A stretch of DNA of 64,000 nt. It comes from Salisapilia sapeloensis CBS 127946 (Eukaryota; Protista; Oomycota). Shown here piece by piece: positions 10,528 to 21,925 of the stretch (position 1 is its first letter; every line of letters starts with the position of its first letter). The notes under the pieces are model-generated. The model did not search any database, was not told the DNA's origin, and saw nothing but the letters and a program-made list of their open reading frames with translations. Made by a program: the position numbers and the translations under genes. Location of the stretch: contig JAADVB010000047.1 in assembly GCA_023334545.1 (NCBI GenBank), positions 1-64,000 of the forward strand, written 5' to 3'.

Positions 10528-12750
10528 CTACTTAGACGTGGAGCTTCTAGGCACGTGTTGATGCCTCTTCTCCTGCTTCTGTCCTCTTCCTTGCTTCTTC
10601 ATGCCCTTCTTCCCACCTCGAACAGCAACAAACGGATTATACCCCTTCTTACTCTTCTCCGTTGTCTTTCCTTCCAAGTCGACATCAGCTCCCGAGATCT
10701 GTTGACTAGCCGAGGCAAAGTCAAAGGCTTGGAAACCTTCCGGCTTGCTCTCAGCTACATCATCTACTTTTTCCTCGATAAAGTCCTTTGCTCGTGTCTT
10801 GACAGCCGGCTCTGGCGTCGGTTTGATCTCCGGCTTCTTTACAGGTTTCTTTGGCATGTCATATGTCTCCCTCAGTGACTGCGGCATCGGCTTCTCCTCC
10901 TCCACCTTGACCTTCTTACGCGGTGAGCTTTGCTTCTCCTGCACTTCCGTATCCATCAGCGAAAACGTCTGCTTCGCCAGCATCTCTCCGACTTCCTGCA
11001 CTCTATCCAGTGCGTTGGCGTCGTAGGAAGAGGTCAGATCCATCGTAGGCACTTGCTCCACTTCAGTCGGCGACATGCTCCTCGCCTTTCGCTTCCCACT
11101 CACCCAAGGAGCATGCTCCTTCATCTCCGAGTCCATCACAACAGGAGCACCAACTGTATCCTTCACGACCTCCTGCACCGGCACTTGCTCCTCTTCGCGT
11201 GCTTTCAGTTCCTCTGCAATCATCTTGGTGATCTCCAACGCATGCTTTCTCACAAACGTCGGTACTGGGTTACAAACTTGATTCAGCTCGCCAACCTTTG
11301 TCGGCAGTTGCTTTGCAAGTCGCATGAGGACGTGATTCGGCATGACGTACCCAGTACTCTCGTCCTGCGTCCTTGCAATGTCATCACGCCAAAAGTAGAG
11401 ACGAGAGAAGACGCGATATTGACGCTGACTAGGCTGACGGAGCTGAACAGCGTCCTTGAGCTTGTGCAACAACCGATCACATTCTTGTGGAGACGTCTCA
11501 GGTTTCTTGTACACAGTTAAACAGATCTCATTCGACCGCTTCAACACTTGGAGCAACATCTCGGTCCCTCTACCTTTCTCCAGTAACTCGGTCTTCATCC
11601 GGTCATAGATAAAGTGGAGATATCTCGTGTCCTCTCGAGCGTACTTGGTCATCTCTGGACTAAGCGGTCGCTTCCGCCAGTCGGACAATTGGTACTGCTT
11701 GTCTGCTTCGACGTCACAGTGGCTTTTAAGGAGATAGGCGAGGGAGAAGCGAGGGTACCCGAGTGCTCTGGCTGCTCGACCGGTATCGAAGAGATTGACA
11801 ATGTACAGTCCGAGGTCTCGTTGGAGCCATTTGATATCAAAGTCTGCACCATGGAGCACCTTGACTTTAGCAGGATCACAGAAGACATTGTTCAGGACTT
11901 GGAGCTTGCCTCGTAACGCCAACGTGTCGACGAGAAAGTCTTGGCGTGGTGTCGAGATCTGCATGAGACAGACTAGACCCAAGTACGTCCGATAGGAATG
12001 GTGCTCCAAGTCGACTGCGATCACTTTTTCACTCACGTCTCCGAGCACAGACATCATCTGTTGGACTTTGTCTTCCGTATCGACCCACAGGAATGATGCG
12101 TCGTCTAGCGATACCATCTCATACGGATCGGAAGACGACGATAGCATCCAGTCAGCATACTTTAACGCACGAATCTCTGGTGCATACGGATGATACTCCT
12201 CTTCTTCATCTTCGGCACTAGTCTTCGTCTCATGCAGTGCATGTGGCTTCGTACGTAGCTTATGAACGAACGGAGCGTCGGAATTATCGATCTCGTCGGC
12301 GAAATTCGTCTGTGGTTTCTCCATATCACTCTTGGACTCCATACTCTCTTTATCCTTCTTCGCACTAGCATCCTTACTAAATTCCTGCGGGCGATTCTCC
12401 AAAGGTTTAAGGCTCTGACCAGTCGACGAGGACTGTTTGGCTTTCACGGCATCTTCGAGCTGCTTGGACGCATCATCTAATAACGCATCGACAAAGTCCG
12501 TGATTCGACCATTCGGCTCTGGTCCATCAAAGACGCTTAAATCCTCTGCATCATCCACCTGCTTCCCATCCAACCGTGTCAGACGCTCGACTAGCTCCTG
12601 CGTCCGTTTCCCAGTCGACTCTGCCTGCTCACGAAATTTGCTGCTGAATTGATGATGGTAATTATACCCATCATCCTCACTCGGGACACCATTCGAAGCC
12701 TTCACAGCTCGAATAAGTGCCTTGTACACGCTCGTAAGCTGGTCGTCCAT
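10528..12750 (-). CDS. RRP6: Exosome complex exonuclease RRP6/EXOSC10
   Basis: 740 aa ORF with DEDD motif IAVDLEHHSYRTYLGLVCLMQIST, VLHGADFDIKWLQRD, YAREDTRYL and an HRDC domain (LYFWRDDIARTQDESTGYVMPN). Confidence 0.95.
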   Translation of the reverse strand: MDDQLTSVYKALIRAVKASNGVPSEDDGYNYHHQFSSKFREQAESTGKRTQELVERLTRLDGKQVDDAEDLSVFDGPEPNGRITDFVDALLDDASKQLEDAVKAKQSSSTGQSLKPLENRPQEFSKDASAKKDKESMESKSDMEKPQTNFADEIDNSDAPFVHKLRTKPHALHETKTSAEDEEEEYHPYAPEIRALKYADWMLSSSSDPYEMVSLDDASFLWVDTEDKVQQMMSVLGDVSEKVIAVDLEHHSYRTYLGLVCLMQISTPRQDFLVDTLALRGKLQVLNNVFCDPAKVKVLHGADFDIKWLQRDLGLYIVNLFDTGRAARALGYPRFSLAYLLKSHCDVEADKQYQLSDWRKRPLSPEMTKYAREDTRYLHFIYDRMKTELLEKGRGTEMLLQVLKRSNEICLTVYKKPETSPQECDRLLHKLKDAVQLRQPSQRQYRVFSRLYFWRDDIARTQDESTGYVMPNHVLMRLAKQLPTKVGELNQVCNPVPTFVRKHALEITKMIAEELKAREEEQVPVQEVVKDTVGAPVVMDSEMKEHAPWVSGKRKARSMSPTEVEQVPTMDLTSSYDANALDRVQEVGEMLAKQTFSLMDTEVQEKQSSPRKKVKVEEEKPMPQSLRETYDMPKKPVKKPEIKPTPEPAVKTRAKDFIEEKVDDVAESKPEGFQAFDFASASQQISGADVDLEGKTTEKSKKGYNPFVAVRGGKKGMKKQGRGQKQEKRHQHVPRSSTSK

Positions 12751-12843
12751 GCTCCCAAGCCAATCGACCGATGTTTATTCCTTGTTCCGATATGTTCGTT
12801 TACGAATATCAATATATAATGTACGGAATGACAAGCATCAGAT

Positions 12844-14583
12844 ATGTCCTGGCGATCTTCGACCACCGCGGACCATCCGCGCCGAGGCTGGCGGAGCCTC
12901 GTGAATGCGCTGCAGGATCCTGCTCGAAGTGAATTTGCATTCGTGCCTCATCAATACTACTCTCGTGAACAACTAGAAGAAAATGTGAGTCTCAACAGTG
13001 CAGACGATGCCTCGGCCTCAACGCCACGAGACGCCACGCCTTCCAACGTATCCAAGTACACGACAAAAGATCAGGAGGTGCCGTCGCATCAAGTCAATTG
13101 GTTCTTTCTTTTGCATCTATTCGCAGTCGCAAGTGCTGTCATGTGCTGCATATGGGCGTCGCTCTTCCCTCTCTCACCCGTGAGACTGTATAACATGCAG
13201 GTCGACATCTTTAGCATGAACCACGCACACACGACGTTCTACTTTATGCCGTGTCTTGCACTCGGTAGTATCGTCGGTGCGTCTTTCGCTGGAGTCTTAG
13301 GAGACAGGATCGGTCGAGCAGGTACGTTGGAGCTAGCTGCCGTACCGTACCTCCTCGGCTGGGTGCTCATCACACTCACACACCAAGAACTCCTCGTCAT
13401 CCTCGGCAGGTTCCTACTCGGTGCCTCCGCAGGTCTCATCGCGACTGTAGCTCCCATTTACTTGGCAGAAGTTACAGCTGCAAGCACAAGAGGTCGAGTC
13501 TGGTGCTTCCAAGCACTCGCCGCTTGCGTCTCAGCTCTCCTCTACGTCAGTCTCGGAGGTCTCTTCATCCACCTCAGCCGAAACTACTCTGGTTTCAACC
13601 TAGCTGAATGGAGGCTCCTCGGAATAGCAAGTCTCTTTCCAGGCTTCCTGCTCCTCCTCTTCATGCACAGATTACCAGACTCGCCTACGTGGCTACTACA
13701 TAAACATCAAGACCCAGACGCAGCTTTCAGTGTCATGAAGAGGCTATTTGGTGGTGACAGTCACGTCGCAGAATTCAACATCAATGCTCTCATCCATGCC
13801 AAGGAGCTGTCGACGTCGGAAAGAAGTCATCACGGCGCCTTCTTCCGTCCACTACTCTTGTGCCTACTACTCTTTGCTCTCAAATCTGTTTGTTCCTTCT
13901 TCCTACAGCCTACTCTCCTTCCTACACCAGACACGAACGACACCTTTGCATTCGCTATCTTTGGCATTGGCCTAGAGGTCGATCCGATTGCCTTACTACT
14001 GGTCATGAGCTTCATTTGGGTCGCAGCTTCCATCGGAGCCTTTGCCTGCTTCTTCCTCATCGACGTTCGCGGTCGACTCGTGGCACTACAGTCCGGATGC
14101 TACATCACCATCGCGGCGTGTTGCTTCCTCCTACTAAACGTCTACCGGTCCCGAGATATCCAACTTGAGTCCACTGACAGGAACTCGGCAGCAGTGCTCC
14201 TCGCAGCTGCAGCCCATCAACTCGGTCTTGGTATCGTCCCGATCGTCCTCGCGACGGAACTCTTTGCCGTCCGACAACGTCTAAGTGCCTTTAGCATCCT
14301 CGTCGTCACCGATCAAGTCGTACGGTACTTGCTAGCTCAATCCTTCGTCCCGCTCGTCCAGCGCTACTTCAGCACGACGCAAGTCTTCGCCACGAGCGTG
14401 ACGCTCGTGCTACTGTGTAACTTGGCAGCACTCGTAACGTCATGGATGTCGATTCCAGAGACGAGTAAACTTAGTCTACAGGAGATTGAAGCTGTGTTAT
14501 GTGGATGGAGACCAGCAACACCCCAATGGGCATCGTCGTCAAAAGTCCGACTAGGCAAATCCGTATTGGACTATGGCACATAG
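12844..14583 (+). CDS. MFS sugar-porter family transporter
   Basis: 579 aa with about 12 hydrophobic segments and motifs GDRIGR, GRFLLG, PIYLAEV, PDSP, DVRGR, PETSKLSLQEIE. Confidence 0.88.
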   Translation: MSWRSSTTADHPRRGWRSLVNALQDPARSEFAFVPHQYYSREQLEENVSLNSADDASASTPRDATPSNVSKYTTKDQEVPSHQVNWFFLLHLFAVASAVMCCIWASLFPLSPVRLYNMQVDIFSMNHAHTTFYFMPCLALGSIVGASFAGVLGDRIGRAGTLELAAVPYLLGWVLITLTHQELLVILGRFLLGASAGLIATVAPIYLAEVTAASTRGRVWCFQALAACVSALLYVSLGGLFIHLSRNYSGFNLAEWRLLGIASLFPGFLLLLFMHRLPDSPTWLLHKHQDPDAAFSVMKRLFGGDSHVAEFNINALIHAKELSTSERSHHGAFFRPLLLCLLLFALKSVCSFFLQPTLLPTPDTNDTFAFAIFGIGLEVDPIALLLVMSFIWVAASIGAFACFFLIDVRGRLVALQSGCYITIAACCFLLLNVYRSRDIQLESTDRNSAAVLLAAAAHQLGLGIVPIVLATELFAVRQRLSAFSILVVTDQVVRYLLAQSFVPLVQRYFSTTQVFATSVTLVLLCNLAALVTSWMSIPETSKLSLQEIEAVLCGWRPATPQWASSSKVRLGKSVLDYGT

Positions 14584-14681
14584 GCAACGATACTTGTTGA
14601 AACATGAACAAACCCTACTTTTTTCTCTTCCTGCGGACTAGGTACTGGTAGAATGATAACTTAGACAAGATTCGACTGACA

Positions 14682-15293
14682 CTAGGCATCTGCATCGGAG
14701 GACGAGTACTCGAGATCGCTCGTGAGTCGTCGTAGCACATCTTCGTAGGAGCAGCACCAGGACGAACTTGTCCAGTATTTAATCCGACCGTAGCACCGGA
14801 TCTCTTTTGGCGAATTAAAAAAAGCATGCATGTGGACGTGATCGATGCTATTGAAGGGCGGTAGATGGAAGGCGCACTTGACGTTCTTAAGCGTCCCACA
14901 CACGATGTTTTTATCGGGGTCGTGCGAGAGCGATGGTGATCGGTCCATTAGATCCGTCGGACGGCGCGAGTCGATGGACGTCGACAGCACCGTCGTAGCT
15001 GCTCGATGCATGCTCTTGAGCAGATCGATGTGGTCGGTCGTTAGGTGCGTGACGTTCTTGATGTGCACGCGAGGCACGATGAGCACGTGAGAGCTCGTGA
15101 CCGGATGCAAAGGGCGGAAGACTACAACGTCATCATCGTCGTAGAGCATCGGCTCCGTGTGCATGCGCAAGATCTCGCAGAACCGGCAGCTCTTGACGCA
15201 TCCACCAGCGTATCGCACGCCTTTGTTCCGGGACAACAGGCCGAATCGATGCCATGTCGGAGCTTGCGACGGCAGTGCGACTGGATCATCCAT
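14682..15293 (-). CDS. HINT3: HIT-family nucleotide-binding protein (HINT3-like)
   Basis: CRFC, HVLIVPRVHI and AFHLPPFNSIDHVHMH (histidine triad). First ATG at 15293; the ORF track starts at TTG 15386. Confidence 0.8.
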   Translation of the reverse strand: MDDPVALPSQAPTWHRFGLLSRNKGVRYAGGCVKSCRFCEILRMHTEPMLYDDDDVVVFRPLHPVTSSHVLIVPRVHIKNVTHLTTDHIDLLKSMHRAATTVLSTSIDSRRPTDLMDRSPSLSHDPDKNIVCGTLKNVKCAFHLPPFNSIDHVHMHAFFNSPKEIRCYGRIKYWTSSSWCCSYEDVLRRLTSDLEYSSSDADA

Positions 15294-15810
15294 ACCGATG
15301 GAACACAACGGACAAGGTCGTACGCACAAGCTCCTTGAGGAGCGTCTAGCGTGCGAGAAAGCGTTGAGGGGGGTGGCTGTGCTCAAATTGAGATGGGCAC
15401 CAGCCTACTGAACTCTACGGTGTCACACCTTTTGTTATGCCGGACAGTCGAACGGAGGTTATGGGCCACCTGCGGTGCTAGACCGGTTTGTACTTGCCAT
15501 TTGTATACTCCACATGATGCACCTTCCATCTTTTAAGATGTAACGGAGTATGGAATCGGATATTTATTAATCGAACGAGCGGATACGATAGCTGGATAAA
15601 TAGGTAATTTAAGATCGAATCAGAAGCGCGTGGATTGTATACATTAGCTAGCTTGGCAACTTGCTTCCTCTCGACACAAACGTACCGACTTAAAATACGA
15701 TTGCATACTGCAAGTTTCTCCTCAGATCGTCAACGATTTTTTCATGTCAAAAGAAGGAGTTCGATGCACTCTTCTAATTTTTTATATCGCATGGCCGCCA
15801 GTGCTTGCGT

Positions 15811-15824
15811 TCATTCTGCAATTT
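15811..15824 (+). promoter_or_regulatory. Oomycete INR+FPR core promoter element
   Basis: TCATTCTGCAATTT matches the oomycete consensus TCATTYYNCAWTTT and ends 13 nt before the kinase ATG at 15838. Confidence 0.7.
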
Positions 15825-15837
15825 CCATCGACCTCTA

Positions 15838-16752
15838 ATGGACAACTACACCTTCGTCCAGCCACTTGCGTCGGCCTTGTATGGCCAAGTCGATCTCTAT
15901 CGCGATGGACGGACTAAACAGCTCGTCGCTGTCAAGACCATGGAGCTAGCGTATGCACAGGAGAATAGGACCAAGCTAGGTGATATCCATGTCCAGGAAG
16001 ATGCCTTTATGGAGCTACGAGTGAACGCTAAGCTCAAGCTACTGGGTGGACACGACCACGTTCTACCGCTCGTCGACTGTTTCGTCGACACAGGGTCCAT
16101 CGTCCTTGCCATGTCCTTTGCTGGCAATGGCGAGTTCCTATCAGTGCTCAACCAAAAGCTGCCGAACTTGACGTCCACCGAGACGACGCACTACTTCCGA
16201 CAGATCCTCCTAGGTGTCAACTTTCTACATGCCAATGGCATCTACCACCGGGATTTATCCCATGAAAACATCCTCGTGAGCGACCAAGGGCTACTACAAA
16301 TCGCCGACTTTGGCCTTGCTACGTTTGAGACCCACGTGCCGTCTGCAGGTGCTGGCAAGACGCAGTACATGGCTCCAGAAGTATACGCCGAAGATGGACA
16401 CTTGTATGACACAAAAGCAGCCGACCTCTGGTCTCTCGGCGTCATGCTCTTCTCCATGGTCGCAGGAGAATACCCGTACACACGTCCGCATCGGGAAGAT
16501 CAGCAGTACAAATTCCTAGAGGAGCACGGCGCGAAGAAACTCCTTCGTGCCATGAGCGTGAACACAAAAGGTAGCAACGCACGACTCGTCCACGTCGTGG
16601 ACCAGCTACTCCAAGTACATCCCGGACGTCGGACACCAGTCGCGGATATTTTGCATCAAAAGCCATTCGCCACGTCCTTTGTCTCCAAGTTCAGCCACAA
16701 GATGCGCGGGAGTATGAAAGGCCTCGCACCACTCATCGCGCCTTCCCACTAA
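15838..16752 (+). CDS. Ser/Thr protein kinase, oomycete CAMK-like family
   Basis: VAVK, HRDLSHEN, IADFG, GKTQYMAPE, DLWSLGV. Start supported by the INR+FPR element. Confidence 0.9.
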   Translation: MDNYTFVQPLASALYGQVDLYRDGRTKQLVAVKTMELAYAQENRTKLGDIHVQEDAFMELRVNAKLKLLGGHDHVLPLVDCFVDTGSIVLAMSFAGNGEFLSVLNQKLPNLTSTETTHYFRQILLGVNFLHANGIYHRDLSHENILVSDQGLLQIADFGLATFETHVPSAGAGKTQYMAPEVYAEDGHLYDTKAADLWSLGVMLFSMVAGEYPYTRPHREDQQYKFLEEHGAKKLLRAMSVNTKGSNARLVHVVDQLLQVHPGRRTPVADILHQKPFATSFVSKFSHKMRGSMKGLAPLIAPSH

Positions 16753-16825
16753 AGTATTATCAGTCGTATGTAGACAAGTACGTTTCAAGGAAAAGCGTAA
16801 TAAATCGTGTATTGTAAATCCGTTC

Positions 16826-19800
16826 TCATGCATCCAACGCATTCTCCAAGGTCGTCCATAAATCTCCTAATTCCTCTTCATCTTTGTCGTGAGCTGTCTC
16901 AAGTGCAGAGTACAATCCAGATGTCCACTCTTCTAGGTCCGTAGAACAAGTCTCTTTGGACGTCTGCAGCACATATAGCAACTGTGCTCCATGGTAGAAC
17001 ACTGCTCTTTCGATTGTTTCCTCCGTTAATGCCTTACGAACAGCTCCCACATACGCCTCCAAGCAAGAGACATCCGAGTCGTTCAAATCGTTTCGTTCCA
17101 TCATGAACGCCACACCTTCCGACACGAGCATCGCGATGAGGCTAAAGAGGTTCCGCCATCGAATCGTCAGCATCTCTCGAGACGACAGACTCTTGCCTCC
17201 ATGCTTTCGCTTCGTTGCACTGTCACCTACCATGCTATGGAAATCTGGAAGAAGATCGAGTACCCACTCGCCAAACGTCACTAGATCTGACGACAAGTGA
17301 AAGCGACTGGATGGATCGACTCGTTCGACCATATCGAGAGATAAGTTCCGGATATTGGATCTATCTAGCCTATCTATTCCTTTCGTAGCAGTAGCAGACG
17401 ATGCTAACGCCAAGGACTTGGCGTATACTTCCAGCAGTCGGAATAGCGTCGCGCCGTCACGTTTGTGGAGCTTGTAGACGTACCTCGATCCACCTTTCAT
17501 GACACTCGAGGCACTTGCAGCTAAGCTTTTCGATAGACGTTTCGTCTGCTTAGTAGATAGGAGGACGTCGTCTGCTTCCAACATGATCTCGACGATCGTA
17601 AGCACGACGATTGGGTGTAAATGATCTTCACGATGCATATGGAAGAGGTCTTGTTCATCCAACACTTCAAACGCTTTCTCCATAAGTACGTTCGTCAAGT
17701 CCCACCTGACGAGACACTGGACGATAGCTTCCAATAGCTTCCGATCCACCGTCTCATTCATATTCAAGAGCGTCTGCATCAATAATTCTCGCAGTTCTTC
17801 CTGTGCTACCTCGCCCAACGCACCAATCACTTTCCACACGGCACCTTGTGCGTCACTAGTATACGGCACGTCCTGATCATACGCATCCAACAGTGTCTCT
17901 AACATACTAGCATTCAAGTGCTGAGCTAAAAAGCTTTTGCACTCAACATACTCTTGGTCAAAGAGCACTTGCTCTCGTACGCTACCGATCAACTCGGACA
18001 GTACTTGTAGCACCACTACTTCCGTCGCTATACTCTCCTGTCCTGCACTACGTGTAGATACCATGTCGAGAACACCTTTTAGCAACAAGGCAGCAAGCTT
18101 ACAGATTGACCCGACGGATACTTGTCGATAGACGTTTCGATAGAAGACGAGTGCTGCCTCTGGACGCTTCCTCACAAGCTCCAGTGCTCGTGCTAGCTGC
18201 TTACTCCCAGAAACGTTCTGTGGGAAGTAGGAATTCAAGAACAAGAGAACAAGTTGTTTGATGATGTTACTCGAGTTTGCATCCAGGACAAGACGATCTA
18301 AGAGATCGTCTAGAGGCACGACGTCAAAGAATCGGACGCCACGAATGCTCTTGAGACGATTGAGCAGCGTGATAAAGTCACCTCGTACTTTTTCGTTCTT
18401 GTCGTGGATGAGAGGAGAGAGGGAGGAAAGGTACTTGGACAAGAGAGCGTGTGTGTCGTGGTTGTCCAATATGAACGGCAGAGCCTGGAAGACTGCGGAT
18501 CGAACCAATGGACTGGATGTATCATGCGCCAACTGCTTCATGAGCTGTTGCACCCACTTTCGACGGAACGTGTCGGGGATTAAGTCCCAATAGACAGATA
18601 AGATCTTGGCGATACCATGGACACTCGCGACACGTACGGCTGGGATCGAGTCTTCAAGTAACTCGTCAAACAGACCGAATTGTTTCTCAAAAGCGAGCTC
18701 CAAGTCTGCTTGACCGAACGTCGGATCACGAAGTGGGAACGCATCAAACAATAAAAGGGCTGCTTGTCGACGCACGAGGCCGTTGGCAGCACTTACGCCT
18801 CGCCATAGCACTGGGCTACATAGTCGAAAGAGCATTTCATCCACTCCTTCCTGCTTTTTACTAGTAAAGAACGACTGGAGCAGCGTCCGAACGGCGTTAA
18901 ACAGAGATGTGCTTCTTGCATGGACAGCATCCTCGACAAAGCGTTGGATGCATTCATTCTCGATCTTTTGTCTGTACTCGTCCGAACAGTCTGTCCAGGC
19001 TTGATGGTATATCGCACCAAGCTTTTGGAGCATAGCTTTCCGCTGGTCAGGTATGAGGTTTCGAATCGTTTCATCAATGTCGGAAATGAAGTCTAGATCG
19101 AGAGAAAAGAGAAAACTAAGAAAGCCGATGGCGTCAGGAGACTTGAAAAACGTTGGCTGCATGTAACATCGAAGGAGGACGTCTCGCAGGAGTCTACAAA
19201 TACATAAGGATGAGATAATGACATCGTCTAGCCAAGATAAGAACGTACTGACTGCTGTGGTCGGCTAAGTCGATAAGAGTGAGAGCTTCTTTCACAGCAA
19301 AGAGACGACGGATCGGATGTTTCTTGCTGTGAAAAGCACCTTTGGCAGGCGACTCGTACGCTTTGATGATGAGGTACGGTAGGAGCTGAGCGACCATATC
19401 GGATTTATTCAAATCCTTCTTCCAGCAGCTTTCACATAACTGACTAATCGCTTCCTGCGCTTCTTCCTTCTCTTCTCCATCACCTCGAACCATCAATAGC
19501 ATATCATGGAGCTGGTGCGCTACGTCTGCGACTCGATCCCGATTCACAGACACATTCTTCGTTTCAAGCAATAGACGAGTAAAATGGGCAATAGCAACTA
19601 GACCAGTCAAATTGCTAGCATATTGCTGTATAATACTGATAGCTGCATCGTAAAACGAGTCAATCACTCGTTCTGGTAATTCCTGGACCTGCTTGATGAC
19701 TTGAACCTCTTCTTCCTCATCAAATCCGACGTTTTCAACCTTTTTAGGCTTTCTCCCAACTTTTCGACTCTGTTGCGCCTGCCACAACTCCACCAATTCA

Positions 19801-19856
19801 TATAAAGGCATCACATCTCCTCCATTAAGCGCATCCAATGCCGCTTTCGCAGCCAT
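16826..19856 (-). CDS. NCAPG2: Condensin-2 complex subunit G2 (HEAT repeats), 2 exons
   Basis: Join of 19249..19856 and 16826..19193, with a 55 nt intron GTACGT..TTTGTAG restoring [19 protein letters not shown]. Motifs [39 protein letters not shown]. Confidence 0.88.
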
Positions 19857-19943
19857 TTTCCAAATTTGTACAAAATGGCGCCAAAAAGCGACCAAATCCC
19901 TCTCTATACCGACTTGCACGCTACTGACATGGTGGTACATCCT

Positions 19944-19979
19944 GATTGGTGGTAAATCTAATTTATATGCTTTGATTGG
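19944..19979 (-). promoter_or_regulatory. Two CCAAT boxes in the 172 bp NCAPG2/TCP1 bidirectional promoter
   Basis: GATTGG at 19944 and 19974, 30 bp apart, between divergent ATGs at 19856 and 20029. Confidence 0.5.
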
Positions 19980-20028
19980 AGAAAATCCGACCGGGCGGAA
20001 GCGCTGGAGCCAAAAGATCAAACGCATA

Positions 20029-21775
20029 ATGGAGTCTACTTCGGATCTCGTGGTCGATGGCACTCGTACGACCGGAAAGGATGTACGTGAACAGAATGTG
20101 ACAGCCGCGCTGTCCATTGCCAATATTGTCAAAAGCTCCCTCGGCCCCGTCGGCCTCGACAAGATGCTCGTGGACGACATTGGCGACGTCACTATCACGA
20201 ACGACGGCGCGACGATTCTCAAGCAGCTCGAGGTCGAGCACCCTGCTGGAAAGGTCCTAGTCGAACTAGCTGGCCTGCAGGACCAGGAAGTCGGCGATGG
20301 CACCACCTCAGTCGTCATCATTGCCGCGGAACTACTTAAAGTATCTCTCGACCTAGCTCTTTATCGACTAAAGTCCTAACGATCTGCCGTAGCGTGCTAA
20401 TGAGCTCGTGAAGAACAAGGTCCACCCCACGTCCATCATCGCAGGATACCGTATGGCCATGCGTGAGGCTGTGAAATACATCAAGGTCCGTCAATCGTCC
20501 ATTCTAGCCTCACTCGCCACTCACTCGTGCTGTCTATAGGAAAACTTGAGCCTCCCAGTGGATTCCATCGGTCGAGAGAGCCTCGTAAATGCTGCCAAGA
20601 CCAGTATGTCGTCGAAACTCATCGGTCCCACGAGCGACTTCTTCGCTAATCTCGTCGTCGACGCCGTGAGCTCCGTCAAGACGTCGGAGACCTCGACCAA
20701 GGGTAAAATCGTCTCTCGATACCCCGTCAGCTCCATCAACGTCCTGAAGTCGCATGGTAAATCCGCTCTCGAGTCCGAACTCGTCGACGGATTCGCTCTC
20801 AACTGCACTCGAGCATCGCAGCAGATGCCATCGTGGGTCGAAGACGCCAAGATCGCGCTTCTTGACTTTGATCTCCAACGCCATAAGATGCAAATGGGCG
20901 TCAGCGTTGTCGTGAATGACCCGAATGAACTGGAAAAAATCCGACAGCGAGAGGTGGACATCACCAAGGAAAAGATCCAGAAGATCCTTGACGCCGGTGC
21001 GAATGTCGTGCTTACGACTAAGGGCATCGATGATTTGTGCCTCAAGTACTTTGTGGAGCAAAAGTGCATGGCTGTTCGTCGATGCAAGAAGGAGGACTTG
21101 GACCGTATCGCCAAGGCGACGGGAGGACAAGTCGTCCTCACGCTTGCGGACATGGAAGGAGAGGAGTCTTTCGACGCCGCGAGTCTCGGACACGCCAAGT
21201 CGGTTAGTGAAGACCGAGTGGGCGACGGAGAGCTCATCTACATCAAGGGCTGTGCCACGCGTCGTGCCACGACCGTCGTGCTGCGAGGCGCGAACGAGAA
21301 CATGCTCGATGAGATGGACAGATCGCTCCATGACTCGCTCATGGTCGTCAAGCGTATGCTCGAGTCCAACCAGCTTGTCGCTGGCGGTGGCGCCGTCGAA
21401 GCCGCTTTGAGCATCTACCTCGAGACGTTCGCGCCGTCCCTCGCGACGAGAGAGCAGCTCGCGATTGCCGAGTTTGCGGATGCGTTGCTCGTGATCCCGA
21501 AGACCTTGTCGGTGAATGCTGCCAAGGATGCATCCGAGTTAGTGGCGAGACTACGTGCGCAACACAACTTGGCGCAGCATGAAGGCAAGAAAGAGTTGCG
21601 CTTCATGGGCTTAGATTTGATCCAAGGACAAGTGGTTGACAACTTTGAAAAAGGTGTGGTGGAACCTGCGATTAGCAAGATCAAGAGTCTCAGATTCGCG
21701 ACGGAAGCAGCGATTACGATCCTCCGTATTGACGACCTGATTAAACTCAATCCGAAGCAGGAGGAAGAGCAATAA
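20029..21775 (+). CDS. TCP1: T-complex protein 1 alpha (CCT1), 3 exons
   Basis: Join 20029..20340, 20393..20485, 20540..21775 (GT-AG introns of 52 and 54 nt). Motifs [40 protein letters not shown]. Confidence 0.96.
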
Positions 21776-21925
21776 TACAAGGAGGATTTCGTTCTAGCTA
21801 GAAGACTTATTGTACTTGGTTTTTGTATAAGGGTGTTTTGGTTGTAGGTGGGGTATAGGAGGAATGTAGGTAGAAAGTGACTGGACATTTGTATGCGTGG
21901 CTTTCGGATCGAAAGCGAATAAGCC

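Noticed and set aside
19194-20321. 375 aa ORF overlapping TCP1
   Set aside because: Only the part from ATG 19856 is NCAPG2 exon 1; the upstream part is the antisense shadow of TCP1.
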